Below, piece after piece: positions 1-13,700 of a stretch of 64,000 nucleotides of DNA; position 1 is the stretch's first letter, and each line of letters opens with the position of its first letter. The notes beneath the pieces were generated by a model, which made no database searches, was not told the origin of the DNA, and saw only the letters and a program-made list of their open reading frames with translations. The DNA is from Octopus sinensis (taxonomy: Eukaryota): NCBI RefSeq assembly GCF_006345805.1, contig NW_021831284.1, forward strand, positions 682,001 to 746,000, in the 5' to 3' direction. A program made the translations under genes and the position numbers.

Positions 1-525
1 AAGATATTTTGTAATCGATTAAGTTTTTATTTATTAGTTCATGAGTTTCCTGTGGATTTTGTTTTTTGCGATTTTTACCTTCTTAATATTTCTAGTGATA
101 AAAGATAAGCAAATTATACCCATAGTTCCTAAACGGATTGATGAAATGGTTCAGGAATACAACTTTTATGCAGTTCCTGTCGATTTTATACAACAAATTG
201 TGAGTTATTTTTAACGAATTTTTAGTTTAAATGTTGTGGAGGATGGGGAGGACCGTCGGATTATTCAAATAAGACTTTACCCCGTTCTTGTTGTCCAATT
301 TCAGCAACCAATTGTACTTCCCCGATGGGATATAATGAGGGATGCAGTACTTTGATTTCATATTATTTTACCGAGTATTTCAAGGTCATTGTCGGGTTTA
401 CTGCCGCGGTTTTGTCTTTCCAGGTTTTCTAATTTTTTAATCATTTTTAGATTATTGGAATAATATCGGTCTGTTATTTGCTTAAGACAGATAGTCACGA
501 ATATTTTGAATATAAAAATTATTAG
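1..525 (+). CDS. Tetraspanin, 3' part (gene begins before the window)
   Basis: Spliced reading FKCCGGWGGPSDY...SCCP...C...GC followed by TM4 (VIVGFTAAVLSFQ/IIGIISVCYLL); 26-nt intron 200-225; stop at ~525. Confidence 0.85.
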
Positions 526-2091
526 TTATTATTATTCCTTGATTTTCTTTGTTTGATGTTAATTTTGTCTTTTTTATTTTAACAGTTTTTTAACACATTA
601 TCAAAAGGTTAAAACATTTGGCAGTTTCAGCGCATTTCGCTTGCGATATGTTAGTCAAGATTTCTTAATAAAAAAAACATTTTAATCGATTTAACTTGTA
701 TAATTCTTAATTTAGTTACTTATTAGTTGGTAATTAAATAAATTCTTTAAGACTAACTATTTCATTGATATTGGTAGTTAATTCAAAATGTTGATTTAAT
801 TTTTTAATTATTGCGGTCATTTTAGATCGATGGGTGTTATAGACGTAGTTTTTTATTTGATCAATACAAAAATCTAATTTATTCCGAATTTAAGCGAAAA
901 TTGATCTTTTACGTTATTATGTTCAAAATTAAATTTTATTCGACGGCTTTGAACAGACGGTAAAAGGTATTTTGTTTTCGGTAAGTTAATAATAATTATT
1001 ATTGATTGAGCATCAAAGACTGGTTACATGTACCTTGATAAATCAATTAATTTTCTGATAATCAAAATTTTCGATATGTTAAATAAAATTAAATGCAATG
1101 TTCTGATTTTTATCTGATTATCCATTTTTATGATGGCAGCCTACATTTTTATTGTGATTTATTAGAACAAAATAAAATACTTTTTGACTATTTTTAATAA
1201 ATTTTCTAATTAAAATTGGACTAAGATACATGATAACCACGCCTTACAAAGTGATGATTTCCCGTCGGTTTTGAGATTCACTGGATCAACAAGTGTGATA
1301 AAAACGGGATGACGGCAACCTATAGCGGCCTGTCCATGTCGCATATTATAAAGGCCTTTTTATTAGTGCGTGAACAGTATCTCTTGCTGGAATGCACATT
1401 CGAGGAAGATCAACGTGTGTTTCATAGAGGTCCCCGGGGTTCCAAAGAGTTGGGTATTCATATATTATCAAACTAATATTCAAAATATCTCTCTCGCCCA
1501 GTAAAGCAGCACCCCCTTTTAATTCATTAATATAATTAACAGTTACGTCAAAATTATTAAGTTAAAGCAAAAAAATATATGATTCCAAAATGAATGAGAC
1601 GACAAAATTCCATATTTTGGAACGCTGGTCAAATCAACTCCGAAATTGTAACTAATTTGTTTAATAAATATTTTTGCTAATTAAAAAAATTTTTGGGTTC
1701 GCCACTTACTTGTGACATTTTATTTCTCCCTAACAAAAGAATCGTTTATTTTTAAGAAACTATGTTCAAAAAAACATTTCCAACTTATCCATTTAAATTA
1801 ACTATTTTTGAATATTCATTTGTTTAATTGATAAGTGTAAAAACCAGATTTATTTTAATGGCGTTTTGTATTTATGTCTTAATTAAAAATAAAATTCTAT
1901 ATTTTTCCTATTTTTAAGACTCATTATTTTAGTTGTTTGAATCTACAAGTAAATATGAACAAAAGGATAATATTTTAGTTCATTTATTGCAACCAATTGT
2001 CAAAATTGCCGTTTACTCAAGCCTTGTAGCTACATCCTATTTTGTGATTATTAAAAATTATTTTCATTCTAATAATACAAGATTTAAAACT

Positions 2092-3903
2092 TCCCAGTCG
2101 AATCTTCCCAGTCGCTATCATGGTCAAACTAGACGTCTCAACGCTTTCAACTCCATCAGACGTGACCACCTGCTGGAGTGCTGTCGCGAACTGGTTCCGT
2201 TCGCTTATCCCCTTGTACATCTCTCATACGCTTCTCCGAGTATCCTCATGTTCGACGATGTTCCCATCTCTTCGGCCACCGGGGTCCAACAGGGAGATCC
2301 CCTGGGTCCTGTCCTTTTTGCCTTGGCGTTAACAGTATCGCTCACTCTGTTCGATCCCCAGTTAACATATGGTATCTGGATGACGCAACCATTTGCGGTC
2401 CCCCCGACGCTGTTTTCGACGACCTTCGTTCTATCCTCCCTTCCCTCTCGGACATCGGCCTATCTATAAACGCCAATAAATCCGAAATCGTGAACATTGC
2501 CTTAAATCCGAGTGACTTCACTGCTTCATTTCCACGTGCCGAGGCATTCTCTCAGACGTCCGGATTACGGACAAATCAAATCTTACGATTCTCGGTGCCC
2601 CCATGGGGCCTTCTGCCCTCGAATGCTCACTCGCTGGAAAAATTTCCCACTTATCCAAAATGATCGACAAGCTTAAAGTCATCGAGCCTCATGTGGCTTT
2701 TTTCCTCCTCCGAAACCACTTTTCCGTCCCTAAGATCCTTTACACCCAAGATGTGCACCCTGCTTTCAAAGAGGCGACCTTCTTTCCGACCTTGACAATA
2801 TCCTCAGGCTCGGTACGAGCTCTCTTTGCAATCTGGCTTTCGACGATCCAGGCTGGACTCAGGCATCCCTGCCTGTGCGCTGGGGTGGCCTTGGCTTGAG
2901 ATCCTATTCCGATCTTGCCCCCCGGCATTCCTATCCGCTCATCACGCTTCTCGTACTCTCTCAGACATCGTTCTTAGAAACCTCCCCGAACGGAAATTGT
3001 CTGAAGTTTACTCTGCAGCCCGTGGTCGGTGGGAGGCTCGGTTTGGTTCGAAGCTGCCCAACTCTCAATCTGTACAGCGCCAATGGGACGAAATCTCTTG
3101 TCAGGCAATCTTCGAAGGCCTGCTTCCTGTCTCCAATCAACACCGTGTCGCTTGCCTCCGTGCAGGTCGCTGTGAAAGCAGCGGTGTCTGGTTAAAGGCT
3201 CTCCCTCTCCCTTCCATCGGGAACCTGTTGGACAAGGAATGCCTAAGAATTGCAATCTCCCTCCGTGGTCGGGCTGAAATCTGCCAGTCGCACAAATGCC
3301 GTTGTGGGGGAACTGTTGACGAGTACGGTTTGCATCCCCTCGCTTGCCGGCGGAGTGCCGGTCGTGCCCCCCGTCACAGTGAACTCAACTCAGTCGTACA
3401 GAGAGCCCTCGCCTCAGCAGGCATCCCGTCTATCCTTGAACCTGTTGGATTGGATAGAGGGGATGGCAAACGCCCTGACGGCATGTCCACCTTCCCCTAC
3501 GAGCAGGGGAAATCCCTTATTTGGGATTCTACCTGCTCGGACACGTTCTCGCTGGGAAATCTCGCGCTGTCCGCCGCCAATCCTGGGCACGCTTCCAGGC
3601 AGGCCGAGGAGCGAAAGATTCTCAAGTACGGCCACCTGTCCAACTCGCTGCTCTTTACTCCAATTGCCTTGGAGTCCTCCGGGATCTTCGTCCCAAGACA
3701 CTCCGCTTCCTTCGCTCGCTCGGTCGACGGATTTCAAGGACTAGTCACGATCCAAGAGAGTTTTCTTGGCTCCTGGAACGTCTGTCGATTGCTGTGATCC
3801 GAGGGAACGTCTTCGCCATTCGCGCGGCTGGTCGGGTGTCTCGTGAGGCCTTTAACTAACTTAGCTATCTGTAATTTTTGTCTTGTTTGTATAAATTAAA
3901 TTT
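2092..3903 (+). mobile_element. 5'-truncated, frameshifted CRE-type non-LTR retrotransposon (RT + restriction-enzyme-like endonuclease)
   Basis: RT motifs KLDVSNAFNSIRR, GVQQGDPLGP, WYLDD; CCHC finger CRCG..H..AC; RHSEL, KRPDG, LIWD.TC REL motifs; 12-bp TSD agatttaaaact at 2080-2091 and 3904-3915. Confidence 0.92.
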
Positions 3904-4280
3904 AGATTTAAAACTATGTTTGAATTGTTCAACAAATATTGAACGTCGGCTCGTTTTAAAAGTCATCCCTTGTCTGAGAAGGCAGTCCTGTCCACGACTC
4001 GACACAGAGAGATGAGGAAATTATTTAGTGAAAGAAATTTTATCACCGAATTAAACAATATTCTACCAGTTTTTATATAATCATCTTTTCTGAAAATGTA
4101 GAAAAAGGTTGATATTGTAATACTTTATGGACAATGCGTATTATCACAATTATGGACAATTATAACCCACATGCGTATTATTACAACTTCTTTTAAAGGA
4201 CACCTAGTTTATAAGAGATGTGGAAAAAAATTGTCAGAATGAACACACTCACTTTTTAGTTGTGATGTGAATTTGAGTTA

Positions 4281-7200
4281 TTATAAACTAAAGAGAGTAA
4301 CATTGTTAGGACTCTTCCTGTCCAGAAACTTCCTAAGAATAAATTCATGGACATTAACCAGGATTGAGGAGGCCAGAATGAATTCAGATTCTAGGACAAT
4401 AGTGTAAATAATACTTCGTTTCATGGCAGCATCGGCGGTGAGGTCGATTCTATTTTCGCGGACTATTTTTCCACCTTTTTTGGATGGCTTTAGCGACCTC
4501 CGTGTGACCCGTGATTGTCCTGACACGAATGTACCTGAAGTGTATCCTCTGGATATCTCCATCAGCCTAGCCTCGTCCAAAATAACTGGGGCGTGGTCTA
4601 CATAGTACCGACAATGCTTTTTCTCGACACTCTGAGGAATGAGTCCTTAGAGCACCTCTTTGTAGTACTTTTTGAGGAGAGTGACAATAATTTTATTCTT
4701 TTTAAACTTGGAAGAGCTGTTTATGGACACGTTGTTGAGTATCTGGATCATGTCTTTATCAAGCACTCCTTTGGGGTCCCTGCTCTGGTCAATGACTGAG
4801 TGGATGTAGCGGGAGATCATTCTCCACTTGTGAAAGTTGACTAGCCCGTCGGTGAACGAATCGTTGCCACTTTCAAAGCAGTATAAATCTTTTTGAATTA
4901 TTGCAAAAAATGGAATCTGCATTTTGAATGAGTGTGGTTAACCACTGGTGGATTTCTAGAATCCTCTAGCAACTTTGTCCGGTAATTGGCCATATTTCGA
5001 CGGGGATTCATAATATCTTTCAACATGGTGTATGTTTTGAGAGAACTGGAGGGGATGACGTCCCACAGTTTGTGCATCCGAGCCACAGCTGGGTGCATAA
5101 GTGCTGAGATGAGAGTAAGACAGGCATTGTAGTTCTTGCTCATTTCTAGCAGCTCTAAAATAATAGGCGTATTTAAACGGGCTATCATTATGAATTTATT
5201 CAGAGTCTTTGCCCGTTTGTCGCTCTCCGTTTGGAGACAAATCTCGGTGACTACCCACATCATCTGCTTGTTGCTGAACTGAGAATGAAATAGAAGATGA
5301 CCTCAATGTACTGATTAATGATGTTGTTCTCCATTGGGTACAACTGGGACATTTTAGCCATGTAGTGGTAGTTCCCAATCGAGTTCATGTATTTAACGTC
5401 CTTCTCGTGAATCGCGTCGGCCAAATACTTGTCCTGCAAGTTCAACAAATCGCAGTTGTTTGTAAATTGGGTGGGGTCAATTTGAGTGATTAGAGATTGG
5501 AATTCTGCATTTGAATGAATATAATATCTGCAAACAATCAGGACAAAAACCTACCGTCCATTGAGAGGGAGAATTGCCACGAGATTCCGCACTGAGAGAG
5601 GAAGTTTATGGGCTGTCAGCGAGTCGTCCATAATTACTTGAAAGAGAGAGTAGTCCCTAAAAATAGACACATCAAAATAACGTTGAAATTCCTTTCAAAT
5701 TAAGTTCATATTGGGCAGCCAGAATCACATCCCCGGCAGCCATTTCCTAAAATTTGACCAACCATTTATACTATCGTGACAGGCAATATACGACTCCCCA
5801 CACTCACGTGGTAGATCTTCAGAAAGTCTAAAATGCCGTCTTCTGGGGAGTAGGTTTCCAACTGCCTGAAGCATGCGTAGTACTTTTCGATGCTATAAAT
5901 CTGTCCCATCCTTTTCAAGCTCTTATAACTTCTCATGTCTCCACTTTTCTTGTTGGATTTCCTCGACTATTGGCAGCCCACTACCTCGTTTTGAAAAATT
6001 TGAAAATTGAGGATTTCTTTTTGCTTCTTTCCCTTGAAGAATGACAATTCCACAAATCTCTTGGCATACTCGACCTGTTGCATACGAAGCTACCCAATGT
6101 GCCTAGGATAGATCAAATGAGAGACCACCGTCAATGTCGGGGGTCACTCTGATCACGTAGTCATCCAATATTTGTTCCAAAAGAAGAGTGACATCACTCA
6201 CTTGTAATCCCACGACCGACATTCCGTTGATTTTCGTCAACTGAATATTCGAGAAGGCAATCAACCATGTCGTGCTGCCTTAGACTGTCTGTATGTTCCA
6301 ATGTTTTTTCAGAGAATTTCAGTCGAGTTTCCAATTCGAGGAAAGTGCCACTCTTTATAAGAACATCCCTTCCCCATCTCCGAGTGTTGCAAACCTCGTA
6401 AATCTCCTGGAAAGCATCAAAGTCCTGTCGAGTCAAAAGACAGTCTCACGTGATCAACAATATGACGGGCCACTTTTAGGAGAAATTGCCACAAATGCGG
6501 ATCATTAACAAAGTCAAAGTGGCTGTACTTGATCCAATATTTGATGACCCTGATAACCTACAGTCTCACCACTCCTCTTACTCTCCATTCCTCATTCTCC
6601 ACCCACTCATTCACCTTCTCCGGCAGAAAGTCCTTCGCAAACATTCGATAAGTCAAGAAAAAATCAGCAAAGTACTCTTTTGGGGCATCCAATAGCTCAT
6701 CCACGAGGACTTCGGGGGCGGCCTGAAATGTTACAAGTCCCTCACTGCCCTTATAATTACCAAGTCCATTTGATCCCCCACTTTCTGCCACTCCTTCACA
6801 CAAACCACGTTCTTTTCATTGTCCCGTGTTCTTATCACGTTCTTCTCAAACTAGAGGTAAGTCTCAAATCTTGCCTCCTCCAACACGCGGGAGTACTCTG
6901 CCTGTCCGATTATCACGAATTGTGCATCCGGCTGGGTCGTTACCATCGTCCCTTCGAAGTATTGTTTGTCCAACGTGGGAGTTACCCCAAAACTACTATA
7001 AGACTGACCAATACCAATCTCCCACTCCCATTTCTATCACTTGTCCGTCTTTTTGTGTGCTCACAGTCCCGTTGATGATAACACACCAACTGTCCAGTTC
7101 TTCCCCCTGACTCAGCATGGTCACCCCCTCATCATCCACTTGAGCGTACATCATCACTTCACATAACTTTCTTTTGGTCATGTCAGTCAGATTTGAAAAT

Positions 7201-7530
7201 CCCTATCTTTAACCATCCAACAACTCACTTTCATATGTCGCACAAATTCGAACAGCACTCCCACGTCATTCTCAGAACGCAGCTCAGGCTCTTCCTCCAA
7301 AATGTCGTACAAGTCCTTCATTGTCTTGACTTTTGTCACATCCATTATTCCTTCATTAATATTCGCATAATTAATTAGGGATTTTTAAACTTATGGCTAT
7401 CAATTTGTCCTTTTAAAATAAGTATAATGGATATATACAGTCAAAAATAGCAAAAAATAGATTCTTCGAATTTATTTTTGGACATTCAACAAAAACATGA
7501 CAGGGTTTTTCAACGACAATTGACCTCCTC
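4281..7530 (-). CDS. RAPGEF2: PDZ-GEF / Rap guanine nucleotide exchange factor 2/6-like (cNMP, REM, degenerate PDZ, RA, RasGEF)
   Basis: GEELDSWCVIINGTV and FGVTPTLDK (cNMP domain), FFLTYRMF (REM), DMLTKINGMSV (PDZ half), RA segment ending LPLNGRYYI, WVVTEIC...KFIMIA, IPFFAIIQKDL..F.SGND..GLVNFHKWR (CDC25). Start approximate. Confidence 0.9.
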
Positions 7531-7894
7531 GCCATTTGTGTCCAATGAACGCTAAAATGTTTGCTTACTACTTCTCTAAAGAAAAGTACTTATTTTTTTG
7601 TTAGTCACATTCAAGTAACACAACTTTATATTCCAAGATATCTTGGATGGATTCAAATTATCTACTCTTTTAAAAGTAGCATTCAAAAAATTGTGAATGA
7701 TATTTGTCAATAAAATAGCAAGTGCTCTTCTTTATCTAAAATTAGTCAAAACGATTAGTGAAGACCAAACCAGAGAGATATAAAAATGATTAAAATAACA
7801 AAACGAAAAAACGATGAGGATAGGCCATCAAAAAAAGATTTTGTACTTCTACGTACAAATAATGACATCAATCGGCCAAGATATCTGTTATATG

Positions 7895-8255
7895 AAAACG
7901 TCCTGATGGGATCACAATTTTCCCATTTGAAGAGGGGAAACCCCTAGTCTGGGACGCAACCTGTTTGGACACTCTCTGCCCGTCCAACATTGCCGGGAGC
8001 GCAGTGGACAGACTGTATGCCGCGGAAAAAACGATGAGGGCAAAGGAGAGAAAATATGAAGCGCTGCGAGATCGATTCGTGTTCTGTCCGAAATCGCTTC
8101 GCTTCCTAAAGAAGCTTGGACGCTTAGCCACATTAAAAAGCCACGACACACGTGAGACCCGGTGGCTTCTCCAGTTGATCTCCGTTGCTATCGTGAGAGG
8201 CAACGCAACGTCAATTATGTTGGCGGGGTCCATTTCGAATAGATGGCTTTGTTAA
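7895..8255 (+). mobile_element. CRE-type non-LTR retrotransposon 3' fragment (REL endonuclease)
   Basis: KRPDGITIFPFEEGKPLVWDATC ... ETRWLLQLISVAIVRGN, homologous to 3460-3857. Confidence 0.85.
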
Positions 8256-8469
8256 CTTCTAGTAAATTACAATTAAAATTTAAATGACACATATTTGTAA
8301 TTTTATCAAAAAAAGTTAAAAAAGTACAAAATGTAAAAATATTAAAATCTCTTTTTTAAGCTAAGTATTTTGAATTTTTTCAATTTTGCTTTTCAAATCT
8401 ACAAAAAATAATAATTATTTTATAATATATAAAAATTTATGGTAAAAATATTTTACTTTTCATAAGTAT

Positions 8470-11400
8470 ATCCATAGAATTCTCATCATTAGTTTTTTTC
8501 TGTACACTTTCTTTCCGATTTTTAGTATTTTTCCGAGGCTATTAAAATCAATTAAAATAATAAACTACCTCTTTGAGGCATCGATTAATGCTTAATTCAT
8601 GTTTTGCTTTTGCTATCTAATGCTTGATATATAAATTAGAATAACCTTATACATTCGAATGAAATTGTCCAAAATCGAAAAAATGGAAATCAGCTCTGTC
8701 TTATTAGGAAGTTCTCCAAAATATAAAATTAGTTTCTTCGACATTTCCTAAATTGGATCCATTTAAAAAATACAAACATTTAGCTCGGAAACCTTTTCTT
8801 TTAAAGATTTGATTTCATTGTCGTATATTTTTATGAATTTGTTTAGGTTATCTGAAGCCGACTTTTGGTTTATGGAACTTTGATTTTTTATGATATTGTA
8901 AGATTTTTCAAGTTCTCCGAATTTAAATGAAATATCTTCAATTGACGCTAAAGTAAAATAGTAATAAGTACAGCCAGTATTTATGATTTCTGTCAAGTCT
9001 GGAAAATCTTCATAGAAAGAATATGCGTGATTAAACGATTTGTGAACAATTTTTACTAAATAGTCCAAAAGAGAATCTTGACGATCGAAAGACTTTATTG
9101 TGTACAACTAAATTTAAAATATATTAATTACAACCTTGTCCAAAGATTTCATACGAAATCCAGATTGAAATGACTTTTTTCCGAAATTCATGAAATTTCC
9201 AATACATAGTATAATCTGAATTGAATTAAAAATTATTACTTTCATAATTTCTGCTAAATTATGTGATTTTCCGATTTGATTTATATTCTTTTTCATGTTG
9301 GAGATGCTCTAAAAAGATATAATTATGTTATTTTACTTTTAATAAAGTTTTAGAACTATCTTCAAAACTAGACATAAAAAGTATAGATTTTATTTTTATC
9401 TCCAAATTGTTTACTTGAACAAACTAGAAAATATTTTATTACATAAATTAAAAAAACCTTAATAAAAAACTTTTCCTGGTCAGAAAGTTTAGAAATAGTA
9501 GAAGGATTCTCGATATAGGATTCAAATAAAGATTTCTTAAAATAAAAACAGAATCTAACCTCTTCATCAGTTGGTATAAGTTGGGGTATGACTTCAAGGT
9601 GGTCCATTTTGATGTAATTCCAATCAAAACTTTAATTAAAATAATAAGAAAAAACTTATTAATCGCTTTAAAGTCTTCCTCCAACTGATTCGAAAGAGTC
9701 CTTTTTGCAATTTCTTTAAAAATAGATAGGAATTTATTAACCAATGTTCCGAAGTCTATCTTTCGGAAGTATAGTACTTTTTACGATATTTGTATCCTTC
9801 TTTAATTCTGTCTTGATTTCACTAGCATCTTGAGCATAAAACAAATCGGTAAGGCGATTCAAATCTATTTTCTACAAAGAAGTAATTTACAATCCAAAAT
9901 ATACTTTATAAAATGAACTTTCGTCGATTTTCCCAAATATTGTAACAACATTCTCTTCATTAGTGATATCATCCCAATGAAATGGTTTCATTGATTTTGA
10001 TGGTTTAGGTACTTTATCATTAATTATTATTTCTTTAGGAGTTGGAATTGTTTTTAATGGATCTGGTGGCAAAGGGACTCCAGGGACACAACTCATTTTT
10101 GGAGGAGGTGGAGGAATAGGTATGGTTCCATTTTCGTTAGAAGAATTTGGAAGTTTTGTTTGAAGTGGCGGGGGAGGAGGTGGAACAGGAGAATCTGGCG
10201 CTTTGGAAGAATCTGGCGCCTTTACAACAAAGGGGGGTGGGGGAGGTGGAACAAAGGCGTCGTTCTTTGAGTCAAAAGAAACGATTGATTTCATCATTGA
10301 TTTTGATGAGCATGTAGATAAAGTATTAATATAATCACTAGCACGTGAACTTTTTTCTGAGGACGGGGCGGGGGGAGGTATTTTTTTACTGAAGATAACA
10401 TTCGACATTTTTTCAGCATTTGATGCTAAATTATTATATTTTAAGCGTTCAATACCAAAAGCAGGTCTTTGCTCTTGTTGACGTTGTTCTACTTGATGTG
10501 ATCTGCGGAGAGTTCCAGACTGAAAATGTTTTGATTTCATCGTTGTGTTTTGTAAATTTTGATTTGAAGGTAATATTTTGGGCTGTTTTAAATGTTTATT
10601 TAAAATTTGATCTAAACAAAGTTAAATCAATTATAACCTTTAAATTCGTCAATTACTATTAAACACTAAAATAAAATAAAATTCATATGTATTTACTTTC
10701 AAATATTCTCTGTCCATGTTAGATATTTGTTCTTTTAGATTACTGACTTTCACTTGGTTTTTCGCAATGTATTCCCTTCTTTTATTATATTTAATGACAT
10801 ATGTCCTGAGACTGCTCCCTGATAGAGCAGCCATACTCTAAATTATTTTTAGAAACAGCTTTTATACGTTTATTTGTTTTTCAAATTCATTTATCCTTGT
10901 ATAATATTGAATTTTGATTCTAGTAGAAAATAAAGCCTGCTCGTTCAATATTAAATCTGCAAATTTGATCAATTTTTTCTAAATTGACTTTATTTTTAAC
11001 ATCACATACAATATGATCAATTTCACCATGTTTTAAAACGTGACATATCACATCAAATCGAAATGAATCCAAATCAGCCTATATATTTAAATTACTTATT
11101 TTTAACTTCGTATAATTTAATGATTGTTGATGTTACAAAATTTGTTGCTTTCTGTTTTTTGCAAAGTGTTGTCAATATTTGTACCATAGATGCTGTTATC
11201 CTAGAACTTTAAAGAATAATCATATAAACCTTATGTTTCCTACCATCGTAAACTTAATAAAATTTTCAATTAAATTTGGCACATCTAAGATTTCCAACAC
11301 ATTTGACTATTAATTTAAAAATCTATTTAAAAATTACAGTTTTATTAAATATTTCTTCTAGTGAATCTACGAGAATGCATATGCAATCAACGATTTTTTG

Positions 11401-12250
11401 ATTTTTTGAATTTAAATTGCTGTTCAGAATATTAATATTTTTTTCCAGTAGATACTTTTGTGATTTGTTTGTTTGAGAAGCTTTTCTAATTTTATTTAAG
11501 CATTTATAGATACAATTGACCAATTAGAAAAACGAGAGTTTGTAATAATAGTTCGAATCCGTTAGCCTCTGAAAATTCCTGGACCAATCTAAACATTTTT
11601 GAATCATTAGATTATATTATACGTTTCGATTTTGTTCCCAATAAGTTGTTTAAAAGCCATTAAGTTGTTGTAGAGTTTATCAAACGCAGATTTCTATTAT
11701 TTAATTTTATCCGAGCCAATACTTTTTTAATCAAAATTGGTGAAATTTCGTCAATTATAAGGCCAAGTGGAATTTTGAATGAAAATTCCTTCTAATAAAT
11801 TATAATTTAAAATCATTCACGAACCCGAATATTTGTATGCCTTTGCTCAATATGTGAAAAACCATGGTTTATTGTTGAGTTAAATGTCTAATAGAGTAAC
11901 ATAAAGTCATATTTAAATTACTGATGGGTTTTTATTCAAGGAATTAAATGAATTTAGAGAAATTCCACTCTTCAAAGAATTTCCTATAGAAGACATGTGG
12001 AAATCCGCTCACATCTGGTAATTTAAATCTTAAAATTGCGCATTAAATTTTTCTATAAAAGACGACATTTTATAATTTGAGTTTTCTGCTAATTTTAAAC
12101 AAACGAGTCTTTTGACACACAATTTAGTATAATTAGGTATCTTTTTGCATTCATTATTAAAAATTCTCATTTAGTTATTTTTAGACTATGAGTTGCTATT
12201 GAATGTAGGAACTGTATTAAAAAACTGAGGAAGTAATTAATGGAAGTATT
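8470..12250 (-). CDS. Formin (FH1 polyproline + FH2), multi-exon
   Basis: Polyproline tracts 10080-10380; PKPSKSMKPFHW at FH2 start; LCIGNFMNFG, GFRMKSL, DSLLDYLV and YFGE FH2 motifs. Boundaries approximate. Confidence 0.88.
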
Positions 12251-12999
12251 ATATATCATCAGGATTTGGTATTTTGATTTTGTGTTTAAAAATAAGTTTA
12301 AAATTAATTTTCTTAATTATGTTGTATTACATTCTGAATAAAATACACGCTGAATAATTGCATTCTTTAATTTTATTGAAATCAAAAATGTACACAACAA
12401 AATATTTAATTATTTAAACCAACCATACTCAATTTATGCTGTTGGGGTATACGTTTGAATTTTGTTATTTCGTTTTAGGTTAGGCTAAAAGTTGCTCCAT
12501 TTCCCCTTCATCGATTCTTCAATAATTTTCAACAAGATCAGAATAAAATGTATTATTGCAACTAAATTGAAACAAGTAACTCACAAATTAATCAAGGAAT
12601 CTGTTTTAGAAACTTAACTCTTTAATTTATGGTCACGGCAAATTTTTCATTAATGATTGACTCGCGAAAATTGACGACAATTTTGAATTTTATTTTTTAA
12701 TACAAATTAAAAAAATAAAAATTTAGTTAACACATGTCTCCCAGTTTCTCTCGTCGATTCTATAATCGGCTTACTTTAAAGAAAAAAATGAAATTGTTAA
12801 AGAACAAAATTTTGTGGCAGCGATTAGGTGCAAGATTCTCAAGCATATTCCAAAATACAATATCAAGAATAACAATAATAATCTTTTACTTAAGATGAAC
12901 TGTATTTTAAAAGATTCTAAAAATTTTAACCTTCTTTTAAAACTGCGCATTTTATGTCTACTGTAGCATGAAGTTAATGTTTTTATATTTAAGCTATAG

Positions 13000-13700
13000 A
13001 GGATACGAGTTCAAGTGACAAAAGCATTTGAGTTTTGTTGATTACATGCAAAACGTCGATGAAAGTCATCTGTGGATCACAAACTGCTAGCAAAGCACGG
13101 ATCTCCCGGTAACCCAATGGGTCATATGAGCTATTATTTAACAAGGAGGAGAACTTTCAATTTTCAGAACGATTGGGACCAAACACAGCCCCGAAGAATT
13201 TGTGGACATTCGATTTAGATGGTCATTCCTATCAATGCCGAGTTCATTGTCGGAAAATCTTGTACTGGGCTAGAGATTGTTATCTGGCAAAAATCCTGTC
13301 GAGTGTAATCTGCTTCTTATGTGAGGGGGTATACATGAATCGGAAAAATGTCGAACCGGAACGGAAGTTAATCGGGATAACAGGTGAGCACCAAAAATGG
13401 CAGGCAAATGAGTATTTCGAAAGCTCGTTAAGTTCGAGGGAGGAAAATGGAACTGATCAATGACTCTCGATTTGGACTGCAAACAAATCCGATTTGTGTG
13501 TCACAGAATGTGAGCACAGTGAAGGAGTCTCAGTACGGAAAACTGTCAAAAGAATGCCGATTTCAAATGAAACCCGCATGAGAAACAAGCTTTTAAAATG
13601 ACTGGAAAGCCTATCATTAATGGGTCTCCTTTATCCAAAATGTCGACGCTCCCAAGTGAGGTCAGTCGCCGAATGCAAAAGGATTTATTGTACTATGATC
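13000..13700 (+). mobile_element. Highly degenerate Ty3/Gypsy pol relic (protease/RT boundary)
   Basis: GC-richer island; KLIGITGE and SDLCVTECEH...VKRMP segments resemble the Gypsy PR-RT linker; many stops and frameshifts. Confidence 0.45.

Noticed and set aside
1257-1500. GC-richer patch with a ~70-codon open frame; possible snRNA or TE relic
   Set aside because: No U1/U2/U4/U5/U6 motifs and no assignable protein motif.
2017-3744. Numerous overlapping ORFs in the ORF track within CRE, RTE and gene regions
   Set aside because: Shadow or antisense frames of the real coding sequences.
5950-6110. Apparent in-frame TAG codons in RapGEF suggesting stop-codon reassignment or an 18-nt intron
   Set aside because: Ordinary GT-AG introns (26 nt, plus several 41-55-nt options) restore the frame; TAA/TAG terminate other genes normally.
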